DNA of 64,000 nucleotides from an uncultured Candidatus Binatia bacterium (GTDB lineage: Bacteria > Desulfobacterota > Binatia > Bin18), in contig OZ241351.1 of NCBI GenBank assembly GCA_965200355.1, forward strand, positions 1,564,163 to 1,628,162. Reading direction: 5' to 3'. The position numbers and the translations under genes were made by a program. Every line of letters begins with the position of its first letter. The stretch's first letter is position 1. Under the pieces are notes generated by a model, which had not been told where the DNA came from, ran no database searches, and saw nothing but the letters and a program-made list of their open reading frames with translations. Shown piece by piece: positions 37,371 to 47,802 of this stretch.

Positions 37371-39645
37371 AGCCCTGATTGCGCCAGGCAAAGAGGCCGG
37401 CCAGCAGCGCCGCGCCGAGCGCCGGCCCCCAACCGGCCAGGGTGGGAGACAGGAGGCCGCCATAGCCGAGTGAGGCACACACCCCGGTCAACAGCACATA
37501 GCCCACGCCAAGGACGACGCTCACCAGCAGGGTGACGGCTGGGCCCGGAAACGGCGGACCGTGCAGCGCAAAGAACAGGACGATAGCCGGCAGCAACACG
37601 CAGGCCAGGGGGGCGGCGTATTTGACGTTGAGGTCAACCCAATAGGTGGTGACGTCATAGCCGGCGACTTCTGTCCCGCTGATTTCCTGGGCCAACTGCC
37701 AGACGCTCAGGTGCATGGTATCAAGCTGGATATCCGGGGCTTCCCCTAACTGTATGAGCGGCTCGGCCGGCTCGCGCTGAAGGCCGTTTTCCGAGATACG
37801 AATACGCACCGGGTCGTCGAGCTCCCACATCCCATTGCCGATATGCTTGGCGCGGCGCGCATCGGTGCGGCTGAGGGGCAAGCCCTGCTCACTCAGTTCG
37901 TAGATCGACACATCGGTGGCTTCTTCCAGGGCCGGGTCGAGCCGGGTTGCCTGAGACACATGGCTGCCGGCCCGGTACCAGACTATTTTTTGTAAGATAC
38001 CGGTGGGGAGGGTGCGATCCTTGATTTGTGTCTCTTTGAGGCGGTCGGCCAGGGCGTTTGAGCGCGGCACGATGGATTCGTTCAGCACAAAGGAGACGGG
38101 GGTGACAAGGCCGGCAACCAGGAGCAGGCAGGACAGCGGGCGGGTGGCAGAAACCCCGCAGGCGCGCATACCGAGCAGTTCCCGGTGAAAAGACAGCGTG
38201 CTGACGGTGAGAGCGGTTGCCAGCAGCAGGGCCATGGGAACAATGCGTGAGGCCAGCAAGGGGGTGCGGGCGCTGTAGAACCGGAGGGCCTCACGCGGTG
38301 TGGCATGGTGACGGGCAAACCATTCGAGGCGTTCAAGAATATCAACCAGGAGATAACCCATGAGCAAAAAGCCAAAGGCCAGGCCCAACATGAGGAGATA
38401 GTGTTGCAGCACGTAGCGCGGCAAGAGGCAGGGGCGTGTGTGGAGGGCCGCTGGAGCTGCTGCCTCGGTGGGGTCCTGAACCGGCTGTTCAGCGCGTGTG
38501 GGCCGTTTGACCCAGGGCCGGTCTTGCAACCCGAGGAGGAGGCCGGCCAGCCCGCCGACGAGCAGATTGGGCAGCCAGACGCCCAGCCCGACGGGCACTG
38601 CGCCGGCCTGGACAAGCCCGTCGCCGAGTTGGGTGCAGCCGTAATACCCCACGGTCAGCACCAACCCCAGAACGCCGCCCGACGCGCGCGAGAAGCGGGG
38701 GCCCAGATAGACGAGGGGCAGGGCGAACAGGCTGAAAACGATCCCGGCCATCGGCGCTGCAAAACGACGGTGCAGCTCGGTGCGCGCCCCCCGCGCTTGT
38801 GGGTGCTCTCCTGCCAGGGCGGTTGCTCGCACGTGGTCAATCAGCGCCGGCAACGAGAGCCGGGTCAGCGGCTGAGCCGGCCACGTCTCGGTGCGCGGTG
38901 TTTCCCGCAGCACGGTCTCAAAGGTTTGGAAACGGGTCTCTCCCCCGCCTTCCTGGGGGGAGAGGAGTATAACGCCATCGTATAAAATCAGCCGCGCGGT
39001 CCCCTGCGCCAGGGGCTGTACGCGCCCACGTTCGGCAAAAAGCGTCTGTCCGGCAAAATACTCCTGGCTGGTATCCGGCACCCATAAGAGGATGCCGCGC
39101 AGGCTATCCCCCCGGGCCGAAATTTCCCGGGCGCTCATGCGGGCCTCCCCGAACTCATGCACGCGGCCCGGACGTAGCGCCACGCCGGGATTTTGCTGGA
39201 TCATGCGGCCCAGGGCGTCATCCAGCGCGCGCAGGGCGGCGGGGGCGGTAAACAGCGAAAAGCCCAGCCCGAACAGCGTCAGGACCGTGCCAAAGCCCAG
39301 AATCGGCAGCGCCAAATGCCGCCGGGCCAGACCCGCGGCTTCAAGGGCCAGCAGTTCCCGGTCAGACCGGAGACGGCCCAGCCCGACCAGGGTGCCCACC
39401 AGCACGGCAAAGGGCAGGGTGCGAGACAGGAGCGGGACCAACTCATAAAAAGCGATCCAGCCGACCGCGGCCAGGCCCAGACCCCGATTGATTACCAAGT
39501 CAGAGAAGCCGAGCAAGTCTTTGGTCAGCACCAGTGCGGTCAGCCCGAACACGGCCCACAGGGTGGGCGCAAACAATTCGGCGACAATATAAAAGCCGAG
39601 CGGCTGGCCGAGTCGGCGTGGTGAGAAAGACGGGCGGGCACACAT
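37369..39645 (-). CDS. Fused LptF-LptG-like (YjgP/YjgQ family) permease, 758 aa with two tandem permease modules
   Basis: Two successive YjgP/YjgQ-type modules, each with an N-terminal TM bundle, a periplasmic beta-jellyroll region and C-terminal TMs. The second module begins around ...YVLQHYLLMLGLAFGFLLMGYLLVDILERL. Confidence 0.6.
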   Translation of the reverse strand: MCARPSFSPRRLGQPLGFYIVAELFAPTLWAVFGLTALVLTKDLLGFSDLVINRGLGLAAVGWIAFYELVPLLSRTLPFAVLVGTLVGLGRLRSDRELLALEAAGLARRHLALPILGFGTVLTLFGLGFSLFTAPAALRALDDALGRMIQQNPGVALRPGRVHEFGEARMSAREISARGDSLRGILLWVPDTSQEYFAGQTLFAERGRVQPLAQGTARLILYDGVILLSPQEGGGETRFQTFETVLRETPRTETWPAQPLTRLSLPALIDHVRATALAGEHPQARGARTELHRRFAAPMAGIVFSLFALPLVYLGPRFSRASGGVLGLVLTVGYYGCTQLGDGLVQAGAVPVGLGVWLPNLLVGGLAGLLLGLQDRPWVKRPTRAEQPVQDPTEAAAPAALHTRPCLLPRYVLQHYLLMLGLAFGFLLMGYLLVDILERLEWFARHHATPREALRFYSARTPLLASRIVPMALLLATALTVSTLSFHRELLGMRACGVSATRPLSCLLLVAGLVTPVSFVLNESIVPRSNALADRLKETQIKDRTLPTGILQKIVWYRAGSHVSQATRLDPALEEATDVSIYELSEQGLPLSRTDARRAKHIGNGMWELDDPVRIRISENGLQREPAEPLIQLGEAPDIQLDTMHLSVWQLAQEISGTEVAGYDVTTYWVDLNVKYAAPLACVLLPAIVLFFALHGPPFPGPAVTLLVSVVLGVGYVLLTGVCASLGYGGLLSPTLAGWGPALGAALLAGLFAWRNQG

Positions 39646-39727
39646 TGCTGGAAGTCTGTCTGTGAGGGCCGACGGCCTGCTCCTGCTTGATTCGTGGCTG
39701 GTTTTCTCTTATACCGGGCAGAGTCAT

Positions 39728-40534
39728 TCGGCTACTGTGCAGCAATTCATGAAGGCGATTATTTTAAGCGCGGGGCAGGGCAAGCGCCTCCTGCCCCTGA
39801 CCGCAACAACCCCCAAATGTCTGCTACCAGTTGATGGCAGCCGGCCGGCCCTGGAAATCCAACTCCAGACGCTGGCCGCGTGCGGCATTCAACGCGCGAC
39901 GGTTATGACCGGCTTTGGGGCCGACAAGGTGGAACATTTTCTGGCCGGCCGCCGGCTGCCGCAGATTGCCGTGACCACCCGCTTTAATCCGTTCTTTGCC
40001 GTATCGAATAATCTGGCCACGTGCTGGACTGCCATCCCAGAAATGACTGAGGATTTTGTGCTGCTGAACGGCGATACCTTATTTGAGCCGGCGGTGTTAG
40101 AGCGTCTTCTGCTCGCCCCGTTTGCGGCGATCCGTCTGGCGATTGATCGCAAGCCCAGCTATGACGAGGATGACATGAAGGTCTCGATTCGCCACGAGCG
40201 TCTCCTGGCCGCGGTAGGAAAAACACTGTCACCGGCGGTCGTGCATGGCGAATCCATCGGGCTGATGACTGTTCGGGCCAGTGGCGTGTCTGCCTTCCGG
40301 GCTGCCCTGGAGCAGGCCATGCGCGACCCGCGCGGCCTCCAGCGTTGGTATTTATCAGTCATTGATTCTCTGGCCGCCTCCTCCCTGGTCGAAGTGGCCT
40401 CCATTGAGGGGCTGTGGTGGACCGAGACAGATACCCCAGACGACCTGGCCGAGGCCCAAACCCATTTTTCCTCTCAACCGGCGCGCTGCTCCGCTTGTGA
40501 GACCGCGGCACCGGTTGGCGAGCCGTCAAGATAG
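39728..40534 (+). CDS. LicC/MobA-like nucleotidyltransferase (second copy)
   Basis: MKAIILSAGQGKRLLPLTATTPKCLLPV signature. Start set at 39728. Confidence 0.65.
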   Translation, partial: SATVQQFMKAIILSAGQGKRLLPLTATTPKCLLPVDGSRPALEIQLQTLAACGIQRATVMTGFGADKVEHFLAGRRLPQIAVTTRFNPFFAVSNNLATCWTAIPEMTEDFVLLNGDTLFEPAVLERLLLAPFAAIRLAIDRKPSYDEDDMKVSIRHERLLAAVGKTLSPAVVHGESIGLMTVRASGVSAFRAALEQAMRDPRGLQRWYLSVIDSLAASSLVEVASIEGLWWTETDTPDDLAEAQTHFSSQPARCSACETAAPVGEPSR

Positions 40535-43084
40535 GGCCTCGGGCTCGTCCTGATAATGCTGAGCATCGGGCTCCGGGGGAGGGTGAAATCCAAGTAAGCG
40601 GCGGACGTGTTGGGCAACCGTCTCAAACTCGCGCAGGGCCGGGCGAGGGGAGAGCTCGACTGACACCCCAAAAAAACGGGCCATGTCTCTCTGGACGAGG
40701 GCCGCGTGCAAGGCGTTCAGGTCGCGCCGTGGCTGGATAAAGCCGCGTTCGATCAAGCGGGCACACAGATAAGATATGCCGCGTTGCGGCTGGACGCTCC
40801 TGCGGGGGGTGAGCCGTTTCGCCTGCGCTTGGTTGATAACCCATTCCTTGCCGCGTCCCCATATATGATCCGGGCGTTGTGGCAAGGGATAGATATGTAG
40901 TGGGGTGTCCGTGGTCGCGGCTTCAGCCAGCATGGATTCGCTCTCACCAGTCACGATTAAGATATCGGCAAGAGCGAGGTAGCCCATATAGGGATTGGCC
41001 TGGTGGTCGGGCTGCCAGGAGTACACAAAGTGTGATGGTCCCAGTCCCTCACCCAGGGCCGCGGCCGCGGCTGTGCTGGTGCGGCGACTGGTGGTGGCAA
41101 AGACTTTGCCCTTGACGGTCTCGGCAAACGCCCGGACATCTTGTCCCATTTTTCGGGCAATGTGGGGATCAAATTGATAGCGCGGGGTTGCCCCGCCGAC
41201 CAGGAGCATAATCCAGGGATGCGGGGCGTCCTGGACGAGAGGCCGCCAGTGGGCCGCGGCCTGCTGGAGCCGTTCAGGGCTGATTTGGGTCAGTGGCGCG
41301 AGGGTCTCAATCCGGCGCGGATGCGGGGGAAAACGAAAGTGGGCGCAGCCAACACTCACATCTGTTGGCCGGAGCGGACGACTTCCTTTGCGACCGAGTA
41401 TCACGAGTTGGGTCTGTCCCCCACTCTGTTGTTGGACCCAACGGGCAACCTGAGCCGGCTGCCAGCCGGCGGTAATGATCAGGTCGGGCCAGGGCGGGGC
41501 GAGCACATCGGAACGGCCCCGTTCCAAACCCATCAGGGTTGAACGGTGCTTCCCAAGCAGGCCCCCGTATAACAGGCCCGGCTCTCGAAAAGACAGCGTC
41601 TTGGTCGTGTAGGGCCAACCGAGGCTCTTGGCAAGACCGAGCGCTTGGGTTGTGGTGCCCGGCTTGTGGGAGGTGAGGACCCACACCACGGGTTGGCGGC
41701 CGAGGTTCCCCCCACAGACCTGGATGTGCGGGCTGGTGGGAGGCACGGGCTTTTTTTTAGGCGTCCAGCCTCTCCAGCCGGCCCCGTGGCTCATCTCGAT
41801 TGTGAGGTGCCACTGGACGCCTGGGTAGCGAGGGCTGAGGCGGTCCAGATGCGCGCGCCACCAGGCCAGGGGTCGTGCTCGGCCCCGGAGGGGGGGGCCA
41901 TGTGGGAGGGGGTATGCACACGAACCGTGGCTGACCGCAAGACACACAAAGCGCCGAGCGTGGTGAAAGAGGTCTGCCAACATCCAAGGGACATCTTCAT
42001 CGGGAAGAAAATCCAGCGTCGCTGTACACACCACGCCGTCTGCAACTGGGCCGGCGGCAGGGGCTGGGGCGGCGCAGGCTGGGTTATAGTGGGAGACGAG
42101 GGGGTCAGGACGGCGAGTCAAAAAGGGACTGAGGCCAAAAGAGTAATCCAGCAGCGTGCGCTGCGGTGTCGTGGCTCTGAGTTTTTCTACCTGCTCCTGA
42201 AACTCGCGGCTGTGACCATTCCGGGGCGCTGGTCTCGGGCCGGGCGAAGCGTCCCGGAGACGGGCGCACAAGGTCTGGTAGCCGACACTGGGCCGCTGGG
42301 CCTGAAAGACCTGGTAGCCGGCGGCGTCTGCGGTCTGCTCCAGGTCAAACCAGACCTGTCCAACCGGATTGTGCTGGTAGGCGAAGCGCTGAGGAAACGG
42401 CTGCCAGGGCTGAGCATGAATCGTTGTATAGTGTAACAGCTTGGAGCGTTTTGGCGCGTACTCAGTGTCCCGGGCGTTCCAGTCTGGGTCAAGCGCTCCC
42501 CACAGGCCGGGAACGGCGCGGGCCGCAGCCTCTAGCTGCTGGCGCCGCTGCTGTTGGGCGGCCTCCAGCGTCCAGATTGCGGCCATCTGCTCACAATCGA
42601 GCAACATCACCGAGGTATCGTGACCGTGAATGGACAGAAAACCGGCCTTGCCCAGAGGCGTGTCAAACAATGCACCTGGGTCGGCTAAATACAGTTGATC
42701 GGTATCATTATAGAGCGCCCGCCCGTGCCCTTGGGCAAAATACGGGATGGCAAAGCGATAGTTCGTAAAGCCGGTCAGCCAGCCGCGCCGGTCAAAACCG
42801 GCCAAGTCTTTCATCAGGTAGACTGTATAGACACGGGCAGGGTCACGCACCTGTTCAATGGACCAGATAAAAACACGCTCGGCCCGATGCTGGCCCGGCT
42901 CCGTCCCGACAAAGATGCGAACCGGCGGCTGCGCACTCGGGGCCGTCCCTGCCCGGACCCCGAGGACGACCCGTTCGAGTTGGGTCCGGGTGCCCGGTCT
43001 GGCATACGGCTCGGGGCGCAGCATTGCCCGCACGCTCTTGCGCAGTCTTGTGGCAAAATCCGAGACGGCCATAGCGTGGTCCAC
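40526..43084 (-). CDS. Large two-domain putative glycosyltransferase (N-terminal GT-A/GT8-like nucleotide-sugar transferase domain + C-terminal ELM1/DUF1022-like domain)
   Basis: N-terminal region has a DxD-like YNDTDQLYLAD. The C-terminal ~350 aa resemble the ELM1/DUF1022 family (VWVLTSHKPGTTTQALGLAKSLGW). 852 aa. Confidence 0.4.
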   Translation of the reverse strand: MDHAMAVSDFATRLRKSVRAMLRPEPYARPGTRTQLERVVLGVRAGTAPSAQPPVRIFVGTEPGQHRAERVFIWSIEQVRDPARVYTVYLMKDLAGFDRRGWLTGFTNYRFAIPYFAQGHGRALYNDTDQLYLADPGALFDTPLGKAGFLSIHGHDTSVMLLDCEQMAAIWTLEAAQQQRRQQLEAAARAVPGLWGALDPDWNARDTEYAPKRSKLLHYTTIHAQPWQPFPQRFAYQHNPVGQVWFDLEQTADAAGYQVFQAQRPSVGYQTLCARLRDASPGPRPAPRNGHSREFQEQVEKLRATTPQRTLLDYSFGLSPFLTRRPDPLVSHYNPACAAPAPAAGPVADGVVCTATLDFLPDEDVPWMLADLFHHARRFVCLAVSHGSCAYPLPHGPPLRGRARPLAWWRAHLDRLSPRYPGVQWHLTIEMSHGAGWRGWTPKKKPVPPTSPHIQVCGGNLGRQPVVWVLTSHKPGTTTQALGLAKSLGWPYTTKTLSFREPGLLYGGLLGKHRSTLMGLERGRSDVLAPPWPDLIITAGWQPAQVARWVQQQSGGQTQLVILGRKGSRPLRPTDVSVGCAHFRFPPHPRRIETLAPLTQISPERLQQAAAHWRPLVQDAPHPWIMLLVGGATPRYQFDPHIARKMGQDVRAFAETVKGKVFATTSRRTSTAAAAALGEGLGPSHFVYSWQPDHQANPYMGYLALADILIVTGESESMLAEAATTDTPLHIYPLPQRPDHIWGRGKEWVINQAQAKRLTPRRSVQPQRGISYLCARLIERGFIQPRRDLNALHAALVQRDMARFFGVSVELSPRPALREFETVAQHVRRLLGFHPPPEPDAQHYQDEPEALS

Positions 43085-43087
43085 CTT

Positions 43088-44830
43088 TTACGCGGTTTGC
43101 TGTACGTAAGGAGGCGAAGCCGCGGTGTCAACTGGCCTGAGCTGGCCGGCCTCCAGGCGATACACGTGGTCAGCAATATCCAACAACGCCGGCTGGTGGG
43201 ATATCGCCAGGATGGTCATTGTGCCCCGCAGGCGCTGAACGGTCTGGCAAATAGCGGCCTCGCTCTCAGGGTCAAGCGCGGTGGTGGCTTCATCCAGAAT
43301 GAGGAGTTGGGGCGCATGGACGAGCGCCCGCGCAATGGCAATCCGCTGTCGCTGGCCCCCGGACAATCGGGCGCCCCGCTCTCCGACCCTGGTTGACATT
43401 CCGTCCGGCAGGCTCTGCACAAACTCCCACGCCTCGGCGGCGCGTAAGGCCGCTTTGACGTCGGCTTCTGTCAGCCCGCTATCGCCCAGCGTCACATTGG
43501 CAAAGACGCTTTCGTGGAGCAGCAGCATTTCTTGCGGAACATAGCCGATAGCCGTGCGCCACGCGGTCAGGTCCATTGAGGTCAGCGGCACCCCGTCGAT
43601 AGCGACGGCGCCGCTCTGGGGCTGGAGCAGGCCGGCAATCAGGTCTACCGTAGACGTTTTCCCCGTTCCTGACGGGCCGATAAGGAGGGTCACATGTCCG
43701 GCTGGAATGATGCACGAGGCCCGCTCAAGGATGGGTTTCTCGGCATACGCAAAGCTGACTTCCTGGAGGGTAACGCTGTGGGTCAGCTGGGGGTGGCGGG
43801 TGCCGGTGTTGGTCTCTCTGGCCGCCTCTGACTGCTGGAGGGTGTCTTGGAGAGACCAGTAGGCGCTCTCCCGAGCGGCCATGCGCTGATACTGACGCTG
43901 GGCCTTGTTCAGGCTGCTCAGGGTGCGCCCGAACAGCAGAACCAGCATAATCACCGCGTCAATAGACAGCGCCCAGTACGTGAGGGCAATATACAGGCCC
44001 CCAACCAGACAAGCGATCAGCAGCGGGTCCTGTAAGGCGCGGAGCGCCTCATTGCTCAGGACTTCGCGCTGCAAGGCGCGGTTTAAGCGTTGGGTACTCC
44101 GCTCGAGCAGGGGGCCGACCTGCGTCTCGCGGCCCATCGCCTTGAGCGGCTTGACCGCGTACAGCACGTCGGTCAGTTGTCCGAGCACGGCCTTGAGCAG
44201 AACCGTCTGGCGGGCTCCGGCCCGCCGCGCCAACCGGACGAGGCGATGTAAGCCAAAGATGAGCAGTGCCCCAAACAGGGCCGCCCCCAGGGTCGCCGAC
44301 CAGGAGACAGAAACGGCAAGGATGACGTATAAGAGGGTTTGGATGCTGAAGGCCAGAATCGTGACCGCATACAGATAGGCTTCAGAGGCCCGCGTGGCTT
44401 CGGTCGCAAACGCATTGGCAAAGCCGCCGACCGGCTGGCGCACATAGTATTCCCAGCGAGCGGCCAGGAGGGAGCGCAACAGGCACAGCCGCAGGTCGGT
44501 GGCCACATGGGCGACCATATAGCCGACCTGCTTTTGGGCGAGCAGGACAAAGGCCGCTTTGAGGAGCATACCGGCGACGATGATCAGACACAGCAGGCCG
44601 ATGCTGGGCTGAAGACCAAACATGGCCAGGACCGCCCGGCTGGTCTGTTCCAGGCTGGTGGGAGTGGTGTCGGGTGAGAGGGCTGGATTGTGGACCCGGG
44701 TTGCCAGACCCAAGAGCGGCAAGAGGCTGGAGAAACTCAGGCCCTCGGCAAAGGTTGCGAATATGAGACAGGCCAGGGTGAGCGCGCTCCGTCCGGGATA
44801 GGCGCGGGCAAAGGCAAGCAGGAGACGCAT
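43088..44830 (-). CDS. ABC exporter, fused TMD-NBD (MsbA/lipid-A-exporter-like)
   Basis: 6-TM domain, then Walker A GPSGTGKTS, signature LSGGQRQRIAIARAL, Walker B LILDEATTALD. Confidence 0.85.
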   Translation of the reverse strand: MRLLLAFARAYPGRSALTLACLIFATFAEGLSFSSLLPLLGLATRVHNPALSPDTTPTSLEQTSRAVLAMFGLQPSIGLLCLIIVAGMLLKAAFVLLAQKQVGYMVAHVATDLRLCLLRSLLAARWEYYVRQPVGGFANAFATEATRASEAYLYAVTILAFSIQTLLYVILAVSVSWSATLGAALFGALLIFGLHRLVRLARRAGARQTVLLKAVLGQLTDVLYAVKPLKAMGRETQVGPLLERSTQRLNRALQREVLSNEALRALQDPLLIACLVGGLYIALTYWALSIDAVIMLVLLFGRTLSSLNKAQRQYQRMAARESAYWSLQDTLQQSEAARETNTGTRHPQLTHSVTLQEVSFAYAEKPILERASCIIPAGHVTLLIGPSGTGKTSTVDLIAGLLQPQSGAVAIDGVPLTSMDLTAWRTAIGYVPQEMLLLHESVFANVTLGDSGLTEADVKAALRAAEAWEFVQSLPDGMSTRVGERGARLSGGQRQRIAIARALVHAPQLLILDEATTALDPESEAAICQTVQRLRGTMTILAISHQPALLDIADHVYRLEAGQLRPVDTAASPPYVQQTA

Positions 44831-44878
44831 GGCGAGAAGAGCGGCAGAGTGTGGAGACGGGAAGGAGCCCAGGGCGCG

Positions 44879-46123
44879 CTAGCGCGCGGCGCGTTCCTCT
44901 CTATTCCAGAACTGGACCACGCGCAGGGAGTGTAAACCGAAGGAAACGGCCTGCCAGACCACTATCAGGGCAAAGGTCAGCACCGGGAAGCCCAGGAGCA
45001 GGCCGACCATGAAGACGGGAACGTTGATATTCCGTCGCGAGATCCACGTTCGCATCCGCTCATCAAACCGCGTACAGCCATGAATAGACCGGCCAACCCG
45101 GGCGCTGAACAACGCGGCGACGATACGGTCCGCAACATACAAGACCGCCATCCAGACGGCCAACTGCATCACCGGAGCGGTCAGAGTTCCGGCCCCTAAT
45201 GCCCACGCCCAGGCAAAATACCATAACGGCGGATGGATGATGTCCAGGCCGTGGTCCAGAATATCGCCCAGCCGGGAGGCGCTGAAGGTCAGACGGGCCA
45301 GCTTACCGTCAACAGAATCCAGCACACTCATGGTGTAGGCCAGGCTAAAAGCTGTGACCCAATAGCCCTGGGCAAAGAGGGGTATGGCCAGGAAGGTGAG
45401 GCCGACATTCAAAAGCGAAACCAGGTTGGGATGCACCCGCCAGCGCGCCAGCGGACGAACGACGCGCCAGACTAAGGGCGGGTAGACATATTTGGTAAAG
45501 AAATCGGTCGAGCCCTTATAATTGGACCAGAACAGAAAACGTTCCGCCCGGTCCCGGCCGGTGGGGTTGACAATGCGAAACAGATAGACGGGCAGGTCGC
45601 GCCGCAGCTTGCGGATATAGGATGGAACGTCACTGAGGCGCACCTCCTGTAGGCTTCCGTGCTGTATGTTTTTCTGGGCAAGCTCGGGCGGGGAGAGACC
45701 CGGCGTGTCGGCGTTGAGCAGCGAAACGTCTCCGTCCAGGCGCAGGACCGCGGTCTGCTCTGGGCCGCAGTCCCCACGGGCCGCCCAGGAACCGGACCGG
45801 CCGGCAAGATGGCGCAGGAGCCGGCTGTCAACCACGGCCCGAGCCTCCAGGACAAGCAGGGGGCTGTTGGGGGTGTCTGGCGGCAGACCGGTCCGATAGT
45901 CCGCCAGCGTTTGAGCGCCCTCCCCCCACTGGAGCGGAAGTTTCTGCCTCAGGCGGGCGGGGAGGAGTGAAGGCAGATGGGTGGTCTCAGCGGCAAGTTG
46001 AATATAGACCGCGCTTAGCTCCAGGCCGGCTTCAAGCAGCGTATGGAGCTGGCGTTCAAGCAGCGTCATGCCGAAGACGCGGAGTGCGCTCCTCGGGTCT
46101 GTTGCGTCAATCCAAATACGCAT
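44879..46123 (-). CDS. CDP-alcohol phosphatidyltransferase-family membrane protein with an N-terminal degenerate NTP-transferase-like domain (IPCT/DIPPS-like architecture), copy 1
   Basis: Start set at MRIWIDATD. C-terminal motif DSVDGKLARLTFSASRLGDILDHGLD (D-G-x2-A-R...G-x3-D-x3-D). Paralogous to 51780..53015. Confidence 0.65.
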   Translation of the reverse strand: MRIWIDATDPRSALRVFGMTLLERQLHTLLEAGLELSAVYIQLAAETTHLPSLLPARLRQKLPLQWGEGAQTLADYRTGLPPDTPNSPLLVLEARAVVDSRLLRHLAGRSGSWAARGDCGPEQTAVLRLDGDVSLLNADTPGLSPPELAQKNIQHGSLQEVRLSDVPSYIRKLRRDLPVYLFRIVNPTGRDRAERFLFWSNYKGSTDFFTKYVYPPLVWRVVRPLARWRVHPNLVSLLNVGLTFLAIPLFAQGYWVTAFSLAYTMSVLDSVDGKLARLTFSASRLGDILDHGLDIIHPPLWYFAWAWALGAGTLTAPVMQLAVWMAVLYVADRIVAALFSARVGRSIHGCTRFDERMRTWISRRNINVPVFMVGLLLGFPVLTFALIVVWQAVSFGLHSLRVVQFWNREERAAR

Positions 46124-46179
46124 CTTGATTCTCAGGAGGCTCAGGACTATCAGTACGAAAGCCGAAAGGAAATCCCGCA

Positions 46180-47015
46180 ACATGCAGCAGCACGGCCATT
46201 CTGAAAATGCCCAACCTGCCGAGCAGCCTGGTCTGACGGCCTTGGTGCTTGCCGGACGCCGCGGGCCGCAGGAGAGGGTCGCCCAGGCCGCGGGCCAGAG
46301 CCACAAAGCCTGTATCCCGGTTGCCGGCGTCCCCATGCTCGTGCGGGTGCTGACCAGCCTCCGAACGGCTGGGCCGGTGCGGGACATCGTGGTCAGTAGC
46401 GACGATGCGTCAGTCCTGGCCGACTGTGGGGAGGCCGGCGGGGTCAGATTCCACGCCAGTCAAGCCTCTCCGGCAGCCAGTGTGCTGGATTACTTTGAAG
46501 CGCACGGAGCACGGGGTCCGGTGCTGGTGACAACGGCTGACCATGCGCTGCTCACCCCGGTTATGGTCAAGTATTTCTGTACTGCGGCCCAGCACTGCGA
46601 GGCCGATATCGTTATTGGGCTGGTCTCCGCTTCACTCTTTCGCGCGTCATATCCCGCGTCACGCCGGACCTTTCTCGTGTTGGCAGATGAGGGCTGGAGC
46701 GGAACGAATCTTTTTCTCCTGCGGACCGCACAGGCGGCGCGGGCGGTGCGGTTTTGGGTGCGCGCCGGGCAGTTTCGGAAGCGACCCTGGCGGCTGGTGA
46801 GTACGTTTGGATGGGGGAATCTGGTGCGCCTGCTCTGTCGTCGGCTCGACCGGCCGGCGGCTCTGGTCCAGGCTTCCCGCGTTCTGGGTGCCCGGGTCGG
46901 CCTGGTCGAGATGCCATTTGCCGAGGCGGCCCTTGATGTAGACACTCCTGCGGACCTGGTGATGGTTGAACATATCCTGGCCGCCCGTGAACAAGACGGC
47001 CAAACGGACATCTGA
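46180..47015 (+). CDS. MobA-like NTP-transferase-fold protein (third nucleotidyltransferase-like gene)
   Basis: ALVLAGRRG...ACIPVAGVPMLVRVLTSLRTAG pattern; start at MQQHGHS with an AAAGGAAA SD. Confidence 0.5.
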
Positions 47016-47035
47016 AGCAGACGAGGAAACGGTGT

Positions 47036-47755
47036 ATGGCCAAGAGGCACGATATCGAAACCCTGATGGAACAGACGGAGCAGCCGTTCAACTCGCCAGC
47101 GTTTGATACCTTCACCGCGGCCTGGGCAGTCTCGCAACGCACGAAGAAAGCCGCAGAAACGCCGGACCGAGCCGAGGTTCAGTCCACCCCGGACGCGCAG
47201 CCGGACCAGACCCCGGCTGTGGAAAATGACCCGGAAGTTTTACGCCGCAAAACAGAACATATGTTTCACGGCCCTGTGCTTGATACCTTTACCGCGGCCT
47301 GGGCAGCCTCAAAGGACAAGATCAAACCCCGTCCCGCACCCAAGCCGAACAATGAGCATATTGTCCGCCAGATTTATACCCATCTCTGCATGGCCGGGAT
47401 GCAGGGCGACGTGAGGCCCATCCTCCAGCCGTTGTCGGACGCTGTGGAATGGCACTCGCCCGGACCCGAGGCCATCCCCTGGGCCGGGACCGTCCGGGGG
47501 CGCAAGCAGGTCGTGGAGTGGTTTGCCACGCGCGGCAAAACGCTAGAGGTCGAACAATTGGTGCCCAGAGAATTCATTACGCAGGGCAATCAGGTGATTG
47601 TCATGTGCCAGGAACGCAGCCGGGTGAGGGCCACCGGCAAAAGGTACGACGTGGCCGTCATGGCCGCCTGGACCCTGCTGCACGGTGTCGTGACGCATTA
47701 TCGTGAGGCGTATGATACGGCGACGGTGCTGGCCGCCTTGATTTCTTCTTCCTGA
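47036..47755 (+). CDS. Hypothetical protein with duplicated N-terminal ~30-aa motif and C-terminal SnoaL/NTF2-like domain
   Basis: FNSPAFDTFTAAWAVSQ and FHGPVLDTFTAAWAASK are internal repeats; a 27-bp exact DNA repeat occurs at 47102 and 47278. The C-terminal ~120 aa resemble ketosteroid-isomerase/SnoaL-like domains. Confidence 0.4.
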   Translation: MAKRHDIETLMEQTEQPFNSPAFDTFTAAWAVSQRTKKAAETPDRAEVQSTPDAQPDQTPAVENDPEVLRRKTEHMFHGPVLDTFTAAWAASKDKIKPRPAPKPNNEHIVRQIYTHLCMAGMQGDVRPILQPLSDAVEWHSPGPEAIPWAGTVRGRKQVVEWFATRGKTLEVEQLVPREFITQGNQVIVMCQERSRVRATGKRYDVAVMAAWTLLHGVVTHYREAYDTATVLAALISSS

Positions 47756-47802
47756 TCGTACCTGCCCCTCTCCTCAACCACCTCGCTCATGGCTACTTGT
47801 CC

